Virus record (IMG/VR): IMGVR_UViG_3300006802_016159
Direction: 5' to 3' (one strand)
DNA from: an uncultured virus (IMG/VR IMGVR_UViG_3300006802_016159)
Lineage: Duplodnaviria; Heunggongvirae; Uroviricota; Caudoviricetes
DNA length: 64,000 nt
The stretch's first letter is position 1. Each line of letters opens with the position of its first letter. The notes beneath the pieces were generated by a model that made no database searches, had not been told where the DNA came from, and saw only the letters and a list, made by a program, of their open reading frames with translations. The position numbers were made by a program, and so were the translations under genes. Below, in pieces: positions 39,407-48,645 of this stretch.

Positions 39407-40286
39407 AATAATCTACTGTTTTTTTAATGCCTTGATCTAAGTCTGTCTGATTAAACGGACCAGTCAAGGGGCTGGGACGAAGCTCTTTGGACTTTTGTCC
39501 TTCGTAAGCCTCGACATCGTATCTTAAAAAATGAGTTGGGTATGACAAGCATTCGCATACACGTTCAACATAATCTCGAATAGTCCTCTCCTTACCCGTG
39601 GCGATATTTACTCTCTCGTTTTCAAGATGAAGGTTGTTTAAAATTCCATTAACCGCGTCATCAATATAAATAAGTTCTCTTTTTTGATAACCGCTTCCCC
39701 ACAAAACCGCAGTCTTACCTTCATACTTTGCCGCTGCAATTTTAGCTATCACTTCAAAAATAAAATGCTTGTCTGTAATCTCAAAATCGGGGCCATATAA
39801 CGTGTTAGGAATGAAATAAATATACTTCATGTTATCCTGTTGCGCGAACGCCTCTAATCCCGTAAGCAACATACGCTTAGTCATTGCGTAGATATACAGA
39901 CGTTCATTTGGATCGCCCTTCAAAATGTTTGCCTCCGTCTTATCCTGTTCATCATCAGGGTAGGCACAACTGGTCCCCATCGTAATCATTTTGGCTTGAG
40001 GTTGATACCTGCGCCAGAAATGCATAATATTAGTATTGATGAGTTGGTTATTCTCCCACTGGTCAGCTTGATGATTAAGACAATAATCGCCAGCTTTAGT
40101 GTCTACAGCTAGATGAAAAATGTAATCTAACTCGTGGTCGATACCCTCGTTATCAATGGGGCGTAAGAGATTTCTTTCTGAACTGTTGGAAAAATAAAGC
40201 TTAACATTAGGGTATCTCCTCTCGATGCCCTTAACCAAATGTCTACCTAAAAACCCGCTATGTCCTGTTACTAATACGCTTTTCAT
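39375..40286 (-). CDS. GDP-L-fucose synthase-like epimerase/reductase
   Basis: TGHSGFLG, GTSCAYP, YAMTK, PNTLYGP, LWGSGYQKRELIY. Confidence 0.8.
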   Translation of the reverse strand: MKSVLVTGHSGFLGRHLVKGIERRYPNVKLYFSNSSERNLLRPIDNEGIDHELDYIFHLAVDTKAGDYCLNHQADQWENNQLINTNIMHFWRRYQPQAKMITMGTSCAYPDDEQDKTEANILKGDPNERLYIYAMTKRMLLTGLEAFAQQDNMKYIYFIPNTLYGPDFEITDKHFIFEVIAKIAAAKYEGKTAVLWGSGYQKRELIYIDDAVNGILNNLHLENERVNIATGKERTIRDYVERVCECLSYPTHFLRYDVEAYEGQKSKELRPSPLTGPFNQTDLDQGIKKTVDYYVKQKYGNKM

Positions 40287-40900
40287 TATGGAATCTCATT
40301 AGGATCGTATCCTAGTAGTTTAAAATCTTCAATGAACACGGTCCTTACTATATCTTGACTCTCTTCGTCATAATAAGATTCATTTTTTTCTCGATTAGAC
40401 TTGTGTATTTTTCTAAACTCTGGCATCGCATTAGGTAAATCGATTCTAATTCTTTTTAATTCTTTCCAGTCCTCATCAAATGACTCTAATTTTCCAATGA
40501 AATTCATCGAATCAAGATTGTCTTGTAGATTTTTCATATAATCAACCTGAGTCTTCCAATCATGCAGGTATTGCGAGTCTTGTTTCCATTCTCTACAAAA
40601 CTCTTGGAAATTTCCCTTGAATCCATGAGCCTGCTTTCGACTCTCCAAATTTTTATGGTACGAAAAAAGAGACAACATTCTTGCGTATGGGTTCCTTACA
40701 AAAGTAAAAGTGAAAATATCCTTTTCATCGCTCCATTTTAAATAATCAATCATCCTATAGTGACCATGCTTATACAGCCAATGGTCTGGATCGCTCTGAG
40801 GGATACCATGAGCATCCACTTGATTTAACATATTAAATATACATCCTGTCCCACATCTAGGGATGGCGATGAATTGAACATTTAACTTTGAAAAAATCAT
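40286..40900 (-). CDS. carbohydrate sulfotransferase (Sulfotransfer_2-like)
   Basis: FIAIPRCG (5'-PSB), FVRNPYARMLS (3'-PB), FIGKLE, DFKLLGY. Confidence 0.8.
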   Translation of the reverse strand: MIFSKLNVQFIAIPRCGTGCIFNMLNQVDAHGIPQSDPDHWLYKHGHYRMIDYLKWSDEKDIFTFTFVRNPYARMLSLFSYHKNLESRKQAHGFKGNFQEFCREWKQDSQYLHDWKTQVDYMKNLQDNLDSMNFIGKLESFDEDWKELKRIRIDLPNAMPEFRKIHKSNREKNESYYDEESQDIVRTVFIEDFKLLGYDPNEIP

Positions 40901-41847
40901 TTAGATGTGCCCTCTCCGTTAGCCTCAATATGCCTTAATGTGCTTTCACATGAATATTTACTGGCGTATTTAGACGCATTAGTAATAATGTGTTGGTAGT
41001 TTTCCCAGTTATTTAAAATTTCCTCAATCTTATCTTGAAGATTATCATTGGAATCGAAATAAATAAAATGCTCGTCTGGTCTGAACCATTTTTCTACCAC
41101 ATTCCAAGGATCACGCTCTACCAGATTCAGCGTCCCACACATTGCAGCCTCCATGAAGCGAGATTTGAACTGCGGAACGAGGTTATCTGTTTCGGCATGG
41201 CTGAATGCTTGGTTTTTTGTCCAATTTGGTTGGCGCTTGATGTTCGATAAGTCAGAACCTCCTCTCACAGAGAAATTATTATAGCATACAGAAATCTTAG
41301 CCTTGGCTATCAAGTCTAATTTATCCTCCCAATCGAGATCGATATTAGTGGCGTATTTACCCAAGCAATTCTTTGTTGAGTCGTTGATGCTGCGCGTCAT
41401 ACTCATGTATCGATAATCAAAATTCTTTAAAATGTCAAGCATCTCAACATATTTAGCTCCATGAATGCCTCCATGATAACACACGTCGTATTCTTTATTT
41501 AGCTTGCGTTTGTATCGGTAGTCAACAGGGTAACAAACCGCTCGGTACTTCGGGCGTCCTCCTTTTACTTCATTCAACCAGTCCACGCTGTACGGACAAA
41601 TCGTATAAACCTCATCGAACTTGTTATCCAGATTAATGTCCTGTGGAGAACAGAACTCGGTAGGCATGGTTACATTAAAATAAATCTTCCTCTCCAAGTC
41701 CTTGATGTCATTAAACAAATTGTCATTAAACAAATTGTCGTAACCATACAACATGGCTGCGTCACATGCAGGCTCCTCACGTTCCATGTTAAAATAATAC
41801 GTGTTGGTGCCGGGTATCTCTTGAGACAAATTTTTTCTAACGAGCAT
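40897..41847 (-). CDS. glycosyltransferase (GT-B, Glyco_trans_1_2-like)
   Basis: KSRFMEAAMCG, FRPDEHFIYF...LQDKIEEIL. Confidence 0.7.
   Translation of the reverse strand: MLVRKNLSQEIPGTNTYYFNMEREEPACDAAMLYGYDNLFNDNLFNDIKDLERKIYFNVTMPTEFCSPQDINLDNKFDEVYTICPYSVDWLNEVKGGRPKYRAVCYPVDYRYKRKLNKEYDVCYHGGIHGAKYVEMLDILKNFDYRYMSMTRSINDSTKNCLGKYATNIDLDWEDKLDLIAKAKISVCYNNFSVRGGSDLSNIKRQPNWTKNQAFSHAETDNLVPQFKSRFMEAAMCGTLNLVERDPWNVVEKWFRPDEHFIYFDSNDNLQDKIEEILNNWENYQHIITNASKYASKYSCESTLRHIEANGEGTSK
41706..41739. repeat. 15-bp tandem repeat (about 2.3 copies), in frame
   Basis: tgtcattaaacaaat x2 + tgtc, encoding DNLFNDNLFND. Confidence 0.85.
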
Positions 41848-42547
41848 CGTAAAGCTTTCTTATTTTCTCTAATTCTTTTGGATATGCCTTCGTCCATTGA
41901 CCTCTTTCTATTGCTGATGCTATGTGAGGAAAGACATTACAATCAAAATGAACCATTCCCCTCTTTGGTTCATCGTTGTAATAGCATACACCCTTGATAT
42001 TCATCTTTCTGCAAACACCTTGAGCAAGAACCTCCAAGTGTCCTCCTGTATCTCCCTTGGCTCCAATCTCAGAGGGTGGACAGTTCTCATGTATCTTTAA
42101 GAAGTCAGCAGTCTTCCAAAAGGAAAGTGTTTGGGAGAAATTATTCCTACATGATTTATCAATAAGGAACAAATTATGCTTTACCTCGTAGTAATCTTCA
42201 ATGTCGGTATGACAGAACTTCACAAAAGAATAACCCTCGTTGAGGACATCCATTAACTTGCTTGCTTTATCTAAATCAGCATCATCATAGAACAAATAAT
42301 CCTCATTTGCATATAAGATTACATCCTCTTTAACCTGCTTAAGACATCCTACCATTTGATCCCTGTAATTGTCTTCGGGTGCGTACTGAATAACCGTCGC
42401 ATACTCCGGTATATCAATAAGCTTGTCACAAAAGACATATACGCGGTTGAAATAATCAGCCCCTACATACGTTTCTAGGCAGAAGAAAAATAACTTCAGA
42501 CACTCTTCGTTGGAGCTATGTGTGTTGACTACTAATGCTGGTTTCAT
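41837..42547 (-). CDS. putative GT-A fold glycosyltransferase
   Basis: VILYANEDYLF (DxD-like), SQTLSFWK, cluster context. Confidence 0.5.
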   Translation of the reverse strand: MKPALVVNTHSSNEECLKLFFFCLETYVGADYFNRVYVFCDKLIDIPEYATVIQYAPEDNYRDQMVGCLKQVKEDVILYANEDYLFYDDADLDKASKLMDVLNEGYSFVKFCHTDIEDYYEVKHNLFLIDKSCRNNFSQTLSFWKTADFLKIHENCPPSEIGAKGDTGGHLEVLAQGVCRKMNIKGVCYYNDEPKRGMVHFDCNVFPHIASAIERGQWTKAYPKELEKIRKLYDAR

Positions 42548-43194
42548 GAGTTAAAAGCCTCGAACATTTCTTTCATATCTTTCAATTTATCGTTACTCCC
42601 AATAGCATGGTAAACTACTGGGTCATGGTCCCTATGACCAAACGACATAGGTAAATGCGCTGATCTGTATTTGTATTTCTTTTCCAAGCCATGTGTTCTT
42701 TCGTTCCATTCCATTTGAGGGAACGCTTCTGACCGCTTATCTTGCTCAATTTCCGCGACATTTTCACAATATTCTTTCCACACTTGATATGTAACCTCGG
42801 AACACTTAACTCCTATGATTCCCATGTTGAATCTATGAAGCATTTTTTCGTTGAAATCGTATTGGAATAAGAAATCAATGTCGCCGCTGAGCAATTCGTT
42901 GATTGTTCTAGCGAATTCGTTCCCTTTGTTTTGGTTAAACAGGCAGTCAACGTCCATGAAGGCGATGTTTTCTCCTATGTGTTTCTTAATTATGTCGATC
43001 TTACTTACATGACTCTGCAAACATAACTTCTTGTGGCCCTTGCCTTTTAAATTCCCGAATTCACAGTCTTCATATTCCTCGTCATGCACAATTTCAAGAA
43101 GCTCGATCTCTGGAGTCTGTCGAGCGGTTTGCCTTAACAGGTCCATCATCTTCAATGCTTCTTCATTTGTATCGTGGAATATGTAAACCTTCAT
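42544..43194 (-). CDS. putative nucleotide-diphospho-sugar transferase (GT77-like)
   Basis: KIDII...IAFMDVD...DFLFQ...FNMG, C-terminal YHA. Confidence 0.6.
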   Translation of the reverse strand: MKVYIFHDTNEEALKMMDLLRQTARQTPEIELLEIVHDEEYEDCEFGNLKGKGHKKLCLQSHVSKIDIIKKHIGENIAFMDVDCLFNQNKGNEFARTINELLSGDIDFLFQYDFNEKMLHRFNMGIIGVKCSEVTYQVWKEYCENVAEIEQDKRSEAFPQMEWNERTHGLEKKYKYRSAHLPMSFGHRDHDPVVYHAIGSNDKLKDMKEMFEAFNS

Positions 43195-43195
43195 G

Positions 43196-43951
43196 TTACT
43201 TGTTTGAATTAAAAATAGCGTGGTCTTTTAACCACCTGTCTCCTAAAAATGCATCCCTTCCGTGCAAATTGGTATGGTCATTAAAAATAATACAGTCGCC
43301 GCTCTTCCATTTTTTGGAGTAATCATACATGTTACCCGCAACAATTGTCTGCTCTAAAAAGAAATAAAAATCCTCTCTAACCTCACACACTTCTCTTGAA
43401 TTGTGCCAGTTTTTAATCTGAAAATAATTCCAGTTGATATTGATGCCGTCAAAGAGTGGCTTGGTATGAATCTTGTCTCCATCAACACCAGTATATTCCC
43501 AAACGATGTCAGTTTTAATCCTTTCAAGCAATTCAGGCTCGTATTCTTCCATGATTTTAACAAGAGTCTTAACTGTTAAAAGATGGGTTTGCCCGCCAAA
43601 CTTAGAGGGCTTCAAACAATAAAGCATTAACCAGTCAGCGGATGTTTCTGCGTCATAATAAGCGTAGTCGCTGTGCAGCGGTTGTCTTTTGTGGGAACAA
43701 AAATAGTGTAGCTTATTTGGATCGGGCCGAATATCTCTGGACTTGGAGAATTTGGTTGTGGTGTCATTAGCGGCGTGACATGTCTTGATGCCGCCGAGAT
43801 GTTCGGCAAGGTTCTCGTATGTGGTTACGTAATCTGTTTCGGGAACATTGCAAATATGATACGCGTCATAATCTCCACCCCAGACCTCGTCTAATCTGGC
43901 TTGAAGACCCAAATTTCCTTCTGACATATCAATGTTACAAATATTAATCAT
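43196..43951 (-). CDS. TauD/TfdA-family Fe(II)/2-oxoglutarate dioxygenase
   Basis: PLHSD (HxD), LYCL...GGQT, WKSGDCIIFND..LHGR. Confidence 0.85.
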   Translation of the reverse strand: MINICNIDMSEGNLGLQARLDEVWGGDYDAYHICNVPETDYVTTYENLAEHLGGIKTCHAANDTTTKFSKSRDIRPDPNKLHYFCSHKRQPLHSDYAYYDAETSADWLMLYCLKPSKFGGQTHLLTVKTLVKIMEEYEPELLERIKTDIVWEYTGVDGDKIHTKPLFDGININWNYFQIKNWHNSREVCEVREDFYFFLEQTIVAGNMYDYSKKWKSGDCIIFNDHTNLHGRDAFLGDRWLKDHAIFNSNK

Positions 43952-45146
43952 TGGTAATTATCCTTATGTATTCTTCCATGTTGTTCATTTTGGATAACAT
44001 TTCTTGTTCTGTAGAGTATTGTAAAATCATGGTTCCAAGGGTATGATTTGATCCATCAAACCTTTTAACCACGTCTCCCGGCTTCACAAAAATATTAGAC
44101 TCTACTATATTAGTTTTTATTTCATCACTTATCCAAATAGATTTAACAATTCCATCATTTATTGCGTGAACCATGTAGGAACTATAGTATCCTTCTGGCT
44201 CTACTTGCTCTAAATTGCCGCAATCTAAACCTAATGCCGAATCAACCGTATATGCTATCAAATCCACGCCGGTAGCATATTTAATCGTATCAGGGATCAA
44301 GCATCCTCCGTTCCTTGGACCCAATTCCAAGAAAGAAAAATCCCCGTCTCTATTAAAATGGAAATCAAAATTCAGCGCACCACGTTCCATGCCCAAAATA
44401 TCCAGTAGCCGCTGGGTTTCTCTGTGAGCTTGATTGGTTGTATAATGACTCATAATAGAGGGGAAGCTCTCGCCAATAGGCACTCTTGGATTGCATAGTT
44501 TATCGAAATGCTCGTTGGCCCAGCATCTAAACGCCAATTTGCCATCTACAACGAAGCCGTCTCCTGCTACTTGATAACCATCCCTAAAAAAATACTCTTC
44601 TACGACGACCTTTTTCTCTCTCGAAAACCCAAGAGCATATCTAAACGCCTCCTCGATTTGATCTTCGCAATCAACCTTGGATACCCCTTTGCTTCCAGAA
44701 GAATCCACTGGCTTAACAATGATTGGATATTTTAATTGCCCCGCCCACTCCTTGGCTTCTTCTATCTCGTAGAAACTATTAGACTTAGGAACCAAAAAAT
44801 TATTCTTACCAAGGAAATCTCGAAACTTGTCCTTTCGACACAGGATTTCAACTGATTCATAAGGATTAGATGGCAAGCCAAGTTTGTTCCCTACGTAAGC
44901 CTGTGTAGGCGCGGCAGGATCAGAAGCGTAAGCTACTACTCCATCCACCTGAAGACTTTCGGCTAACTTTAAAACAGCTTCTTTGTCTGTTGTGCTGACA
45001 TGATAAAATTCTTTCGCTGAAGATCGACAGTAATTGTCTTCAATGTAATCACAAAGGATCGTATGATGCCCTTGCTCATTGGCATACTTAATCGGCGGCA
45101 ACTGGAACATCGAGCCGCCCAAAAATAATATCTTCTTCTGTTTCAT
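43944..45146 (-). CDS. ATP-grasp domain ligase
   Basis: LGGSMFQLP, KDKFR, IVKPVDSSGSKGV, VVEEY, LELGPRNGG. Confidence 0.88.
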   Translation of the reverse strand: MKQKKILFLGGSMFQLPPIKYANEQGHHTILCDYIEDNYCRSSAKEFYHVSTTDKEAVLKLAESLQVDGVVAYASDPAAPTQAYVGNKLGLPSNPYESVEILCRKDKFRDFLGKNNFLVPKSNSFYEIEEAKEWAGQLKYPIIVKPVDSSGSKGVSKVDCEDQIEEAFRYALGFSREKKVVVEEYFFRDGYQVAGDGFVVDGKLAFRCWANEHFDKLCNPRVPIGESFPSIMSHYTTNQAHRETQRLLDILGMERGALNFDFHFNRDGDFSFLELGPRNGGCLIPDTIKYATGVDLIAYTVDSALGLDCGNLEQVEPEGYYSSYMVHAINDGIVKSIWISDEIKTNIVESNIFVKPGDVVKRFDGSNHTLGTMILQYSTEQEMLSKMNNMEEYIRIITND

Positions 45147-45778
45147 TATTGTTTGTAAACATCGAACTTGGATAAATCTGGATACTTTTGTTCGACATCT
45201 TCATTTGATTTAGGGTTCCCGTCAATGTCATAGAACTGAGTGATAAGAAGCAAGCCTCTTGCTGCTATCTCTGGCATCATGTAGAAATTCCAACCAATCA
45301 TGTCCAAATCATCTTCCAAATAAGAGCATTCCCTACGTCCTGAATACCTTGCTCGCTTGAACCACTCATAGGCTTCTTTATTGTCAGTTAGGATCGCGCC
45401 GCCCTTTGACAGTTTGAAGGTCTTGTTCGGACCAGTGAACGAAATGCACATGTGAGAGCCGGGAACATACATATCATTGGTAAACCTCAATGCGCTATCC
45501 CAAATATTCGTAGGCTCTAACCGATACGCACCCTTGAAAGTTTCTCCTTCTACTTCTCTGAATTTTACCTTCGCTCCTGCGTTAATGATTGAGCATGGAA
45601 CAGAAGGGAATGTTCTGTTTGGGATGGTAATTTCTTTTCCTTCTGCCTTCTCATATTTCAGAGCTAAAAATAAAGCGTTAGACGCGTTATCTACGGTTAC
45701 GACGTATGGTGCGCCAGTGTATTTTGTGAGTTCTTGCTCAAACTCTGCGGTTACTTTATATACTCCTGTTGTTTTCAT
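45146..45778 (-). CDS. short DegT/DnrJ/EryC1/StrS PLP aminotransferase-like protein
   Basis: FEQEL..YTGA..VVTVDNAS.AL, DSA, SFTGPNK, KGGAILT, GWNFYM. Confidence 0.8.
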   Translation of the reverse strand: MKTTGVYKVTAEFEQELTKYTGAPYVVTVDNASNALFLALKYEKAEGKEITIPNRTFPSVPCSIINAGAKVKFREVEGETFKGAYRLEPTNIWDSALRFTNDMYVPGSHMCISFTGPNKTFKLSKGGAILTDNKEAYEWFKRARYSGRRECSYLEDDLDMIGWNFYMMPEIAARGLLLITQFYDIDGNPKSNEDVEQKYPDLSKFDVYKQ

Positions 45779-46401
45779 GCTACTCTACAGTCTGGATGGT
45801 TCTTGAAAAATTCAAACTCAGAAATATCTCTGTAATCTGGGAATTCGATTTGATCTGGTGCATCTTTAGGATATACTCCAAGCAACATCATGCCACGCGC
45901 TGCCCATTCTGCTGTGATGTAAGAATTATATCCCATTTCATCTAAAGTATCTACTGAATAAGGAGTCTTCTCGTCGCGACCTGACCATCTAAGCTTCTTG
46001 AGTTCTTTGTAAGCATCTTCGCTATCAGTCAGAATCATACCTCCTTTACCAACCTTCAATGGCTTCTTGATTCCAAACGATAAGCACATCAAATGATTGG
46101 GAATGTACATGTCTCTAGTCAGCCTTTTGGCGGCGTCAATGATAGGAAACGGAGCAAGTGTATATATGCCCTTCCATTTGTAATCCTCTAGAACCACCTT
46201 GCCTCCAGCCTGAAGAATCGACTGAGCGACAGATACATAAGTTCTTTTGGGGATATGGACATCTTTGCCTTTGACGTTGCAATAGTCGCAACAAATTTTA
46301 ATTGCATTCGTGCAGTTGTCAACTGACACAGCGTACTTTGCTCCTGTGTATTCCGCCATGTTCTCTTCGAACATTTCTACTACTCTTTGTGGATTATTCA
46401 T
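45775..46401 (-). CDS. short DegT-family aminotransferase-like protein, paralog of the neighbour
   Basis: FEE..AEYTGAKYAVSVDNCTNA, DAA, SFGIKK, GKGGMILT, GYNSY. Confidence 0.8.
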   Translation of the reverse strand: MNNPQRVVEMFEENMAEYTGAKYAVSVDNCTNAIKICCDYCNVKGKDVHIPKRTYVSVAQSILQAGGKVVLEDYKWKGIYTLAPFPIIDAAKRLTRDMYIPNHLMCLSFGIKKPLKVGKGGMILTDSEDAYKELKKLRWSGRDEKTPYSVDTLDEMGYNSYITAEWAARGMMLLGVYPKDAPDQIEFPDYRDISEFEFFKNHPDCRVA

Positions 46402-46814
46402 TTGTTAATTGCTGGGCGCATAACAATTCTATCTCCGAATTGGACTCGTACCCAACCTGCATGTTCGAAAGCTGTTATACTTGCTATGTTATCTTTTTTA
46501 ATTACTGCTTCGACATAATGTTGTCGCCCCGACTGTAGAAGCTCGTCAGTGTATTTTCTTATAAGTTTCGAACCTAAACCTCTACCCCTTCTCTTTTTAC
46601 ATACTCCCACTCGAATATCATCATTTACTACTCCAATGAATCCAACGTCTTCTCCTTCTTCTACTCCGATGTAATAATCGCGACCATGCATCGCCATAAA
46701 TTTTTCATGTTCGTCAATACTGACATCCTCGCTTACAAAAAATCCTTCCTTTCCCGCGTTCCTGACCTTGCGGATAAATTCCCAGTCCAAATATGTAGCC
46801 CGTCTTAATTCCAT
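46398..46814 (-). CDS. GNAT acyltransferase
   Basis: RGRGLGS acetyl-CoA motif, NIASITAFEHAGW. Confidence 0.85.
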   Translation of the reverse strand: MELRRATYLDWEFIRKVRNAGKEGFFVSEDVSIDEHEKFMAMHGRDYYIGVEEGEDVGFIGVVNDDIRVGVCKKRRGRGLGSKLIRKYTDELLQSGRQHYVEAVIKKDNIASITAFEHAGWVRVQFGDRIVMRPAINK

Positions 46815-47605
46815 TGATCTACTTCATTGATTACTACTCCATGATGCCAATACATTTTTAAATAATGACGGTAATAACATCCCTTTAATTTAAAATGGTA
46901 TCCTAATGACGACCCAACATCAACGTATTGGTTTTGAGGGTAATCCTTGTATAGTTCATGAATTGCATAATTGCTAAGGGTTGAGGCTGCAAATAGGAAG
47001 GTATGATCCTTGATGTTATTTTCCTCAATCCAATGTTTCATCTCCTCAATCTTATGATAATCGTTAATCATACAGTTTGGACCGCAGGTAAAACTCTTCT
47101 CGACCTTAAAAGGGAGATCGCTAAGGTCAGCATTTTCGTTCGCCAAAAGAACAGTCTTCCTTTTAGCAAACAAAGGAATAATCTCCTCAACAAACCGCCC
47201 ATAATTAGCATTAATCATGACATTGGAGAAAGACAAATGTTCGTCGTCGCCCTCGCCATACAGTTCTGTGCAGAATTTCCAAGAGACGTTACCATAAGGT
47301 GCATTGGAGGGTGGGATACCCTTGAAATAATTGGGTTGACGATGTTTAAATGCCTCCACTAACTTCTTCTGAAAAAAGACATCTCGGTCGGGGCGGAAAT
47401 CTTTTTGTTCTTCTGGCAAATAAGAGCCATTGTGTTTTACGTCATCTCCATGTAGATCACCCTGAATAAAATGATCCTCTGCCAACACAACCACATTGTT
47501 CTGAAGCATTGTTACCTCGCCATCAGAGAAACGAGCAAAAGCAAATGGCTCGCCCGACTCGATTAGAGCTTTGATCTTATTGAATTCCCCTGTAAATGTT
47601 TTCAT
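46805..47605 (-). CDS. GT-D fold (DUF1792-like) glycosyltransferase
   Basis: FAFARFSDGE and VDVGS motifs. Start at MKTFTG overlaps the upstream stop (ATGA). Confidence 0.6.
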   Translation of the reverse strand: MKTFTGEFNKIKALIESGEPFAFARFSDGEVTMLQNNVVVLAEDHFIQGDLHGDDVKHNGSYLPEEQKDFRPDRDVFFQKKLVEAFKHRQPNYFKGIPPSNAPYGNVSWKFCTELYGEGDDEHLSFSNVMINANYGRFVEEIIPLFAKRKTVLLANENADLSDLPFKVEKSFTCGPNCMINDYHKIEEMKHWIEENNIKDHTFLFAASTLSNYAIHELYKDYPQNQYVDVGSSLGYHFKLKGCYYRHYLKMYWHHGVVINEVDQWN

Positions 47606-48645
47606 TTGTAATTTTGCTTTGCCCATTCGAGCATTCTCTTAATGGACTCATCTAAATCAATGGTTGTTTGGTAGTTAAGTTCCTCTCTGATCTTGTCAAC
47701 TGACGGACAACGACGTTGAGGCTCGTTCTCATAAACCAATGGTGTCTTTACTACCTTGACCAACTCTTCCTTGCCTGCGATCTTTGCTACCTTGTTAGCC
47801 AAATCAATGACAGAGATTTCATTCTCAGGATTACCAACATGATATAGAATATCTTTACCTTTTGTTAGTACTTTGATACAGCCAGCCAAGAAATCCCCAT
47901 ACCAACAGAACGCTCTTGTCTGTGAGCCGGGAGCATAAACCGTAATCTCCTCATCCTTCAATACCCTTGAGATGAAATTAGGCATAACCCTCTTATCGTC
48001 CTGTCTAAAATAACCAACCACATTGAACGGTCGAACTACTTTACAATCAAGATTAAACTGATCTCTAAACACAAAAGAGATTGTCTCGATATACATCTTG
48101 GTTACGTCATAACATGAACGCTTATCCAAAGTCAACACGTTTGGAGTGTAATCTTCTGGTGTTGGAATGAACTCTCCGTGTGGTGTTCCAAGAACTTCTG
48201 ACGATGAGAAGTTTAGGATACGAGCGTTGTGATGAAGCGCGACTTCAAGTAGGTTCTTGGTTCCAATAGTGGAGACATCCATAGTCTCAAGCGGGAACCT
48301 CTCATAATAATACGGGCTTGCACAGCCGCTACAATTAATAATGAAGTCGATCTTCTTGTTGTGAAATTTAAGACCAAGGGGAGCGATGAGGTCGTGATCC
48401 ATGTTGACTAGGTATGGATCTTCAGGCTGCTTGGTCTTTTCTCTACCCAAGAAATTGTCTAGTGATATTATGTTGCACGGGAATTTGAGTTTGTGTTTGT
48501 TGAGGTACAAGAAATACTTAACAAACAATGAACCCAAGAACCCCGCTCCACCCGAAATAAGGATGGTTTTGCCGTCAAAATCGTATGTCTCTTCTTCTGT
48601 GAGCGCATGGATCTCCCTAAAATCTCGTTCTAAATGTTTAGCCAT
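47602..48645 (-). CDS. UDP-glucuronate decarboxylase (UDP-xylose synthase)-like SDR
   Basis: GGAGFLG, ASPYYY, SSSEV, RSCYDVTK, QTRAFC, PQRRCP. Confidence 0.8.
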   Translation of the reverse strand: MAKHLERDFREIHALTEEETYDFDGKTILISGGAGFLGSLFVKYFLYLNKHKLKFPCNIISLDNFLGREKTKQPEDPYLVNMDHDLIAPLGLKFHNKKIDFIINCSGCASPYYYERFPLETMDVSTIGTKNLLEVALHHNARILNFSSSEVLGTPHGEFIPTPEDYTPNVLTLDKRSCYDVTKMYIETISFVFRDQFNLDCKVVRPFNVVGYFRQDDKRVMPNFISRVLKDEEITVYAPGSQTRAFCWYGDFLAGCIKVLTKGKDILYHVGNPENEISVIDLANKVAKIAGKEELVKVVKTPLVYENEPQRRCPSVDKIREELNYQTTIDLDESIKRMLEWAKQNYK

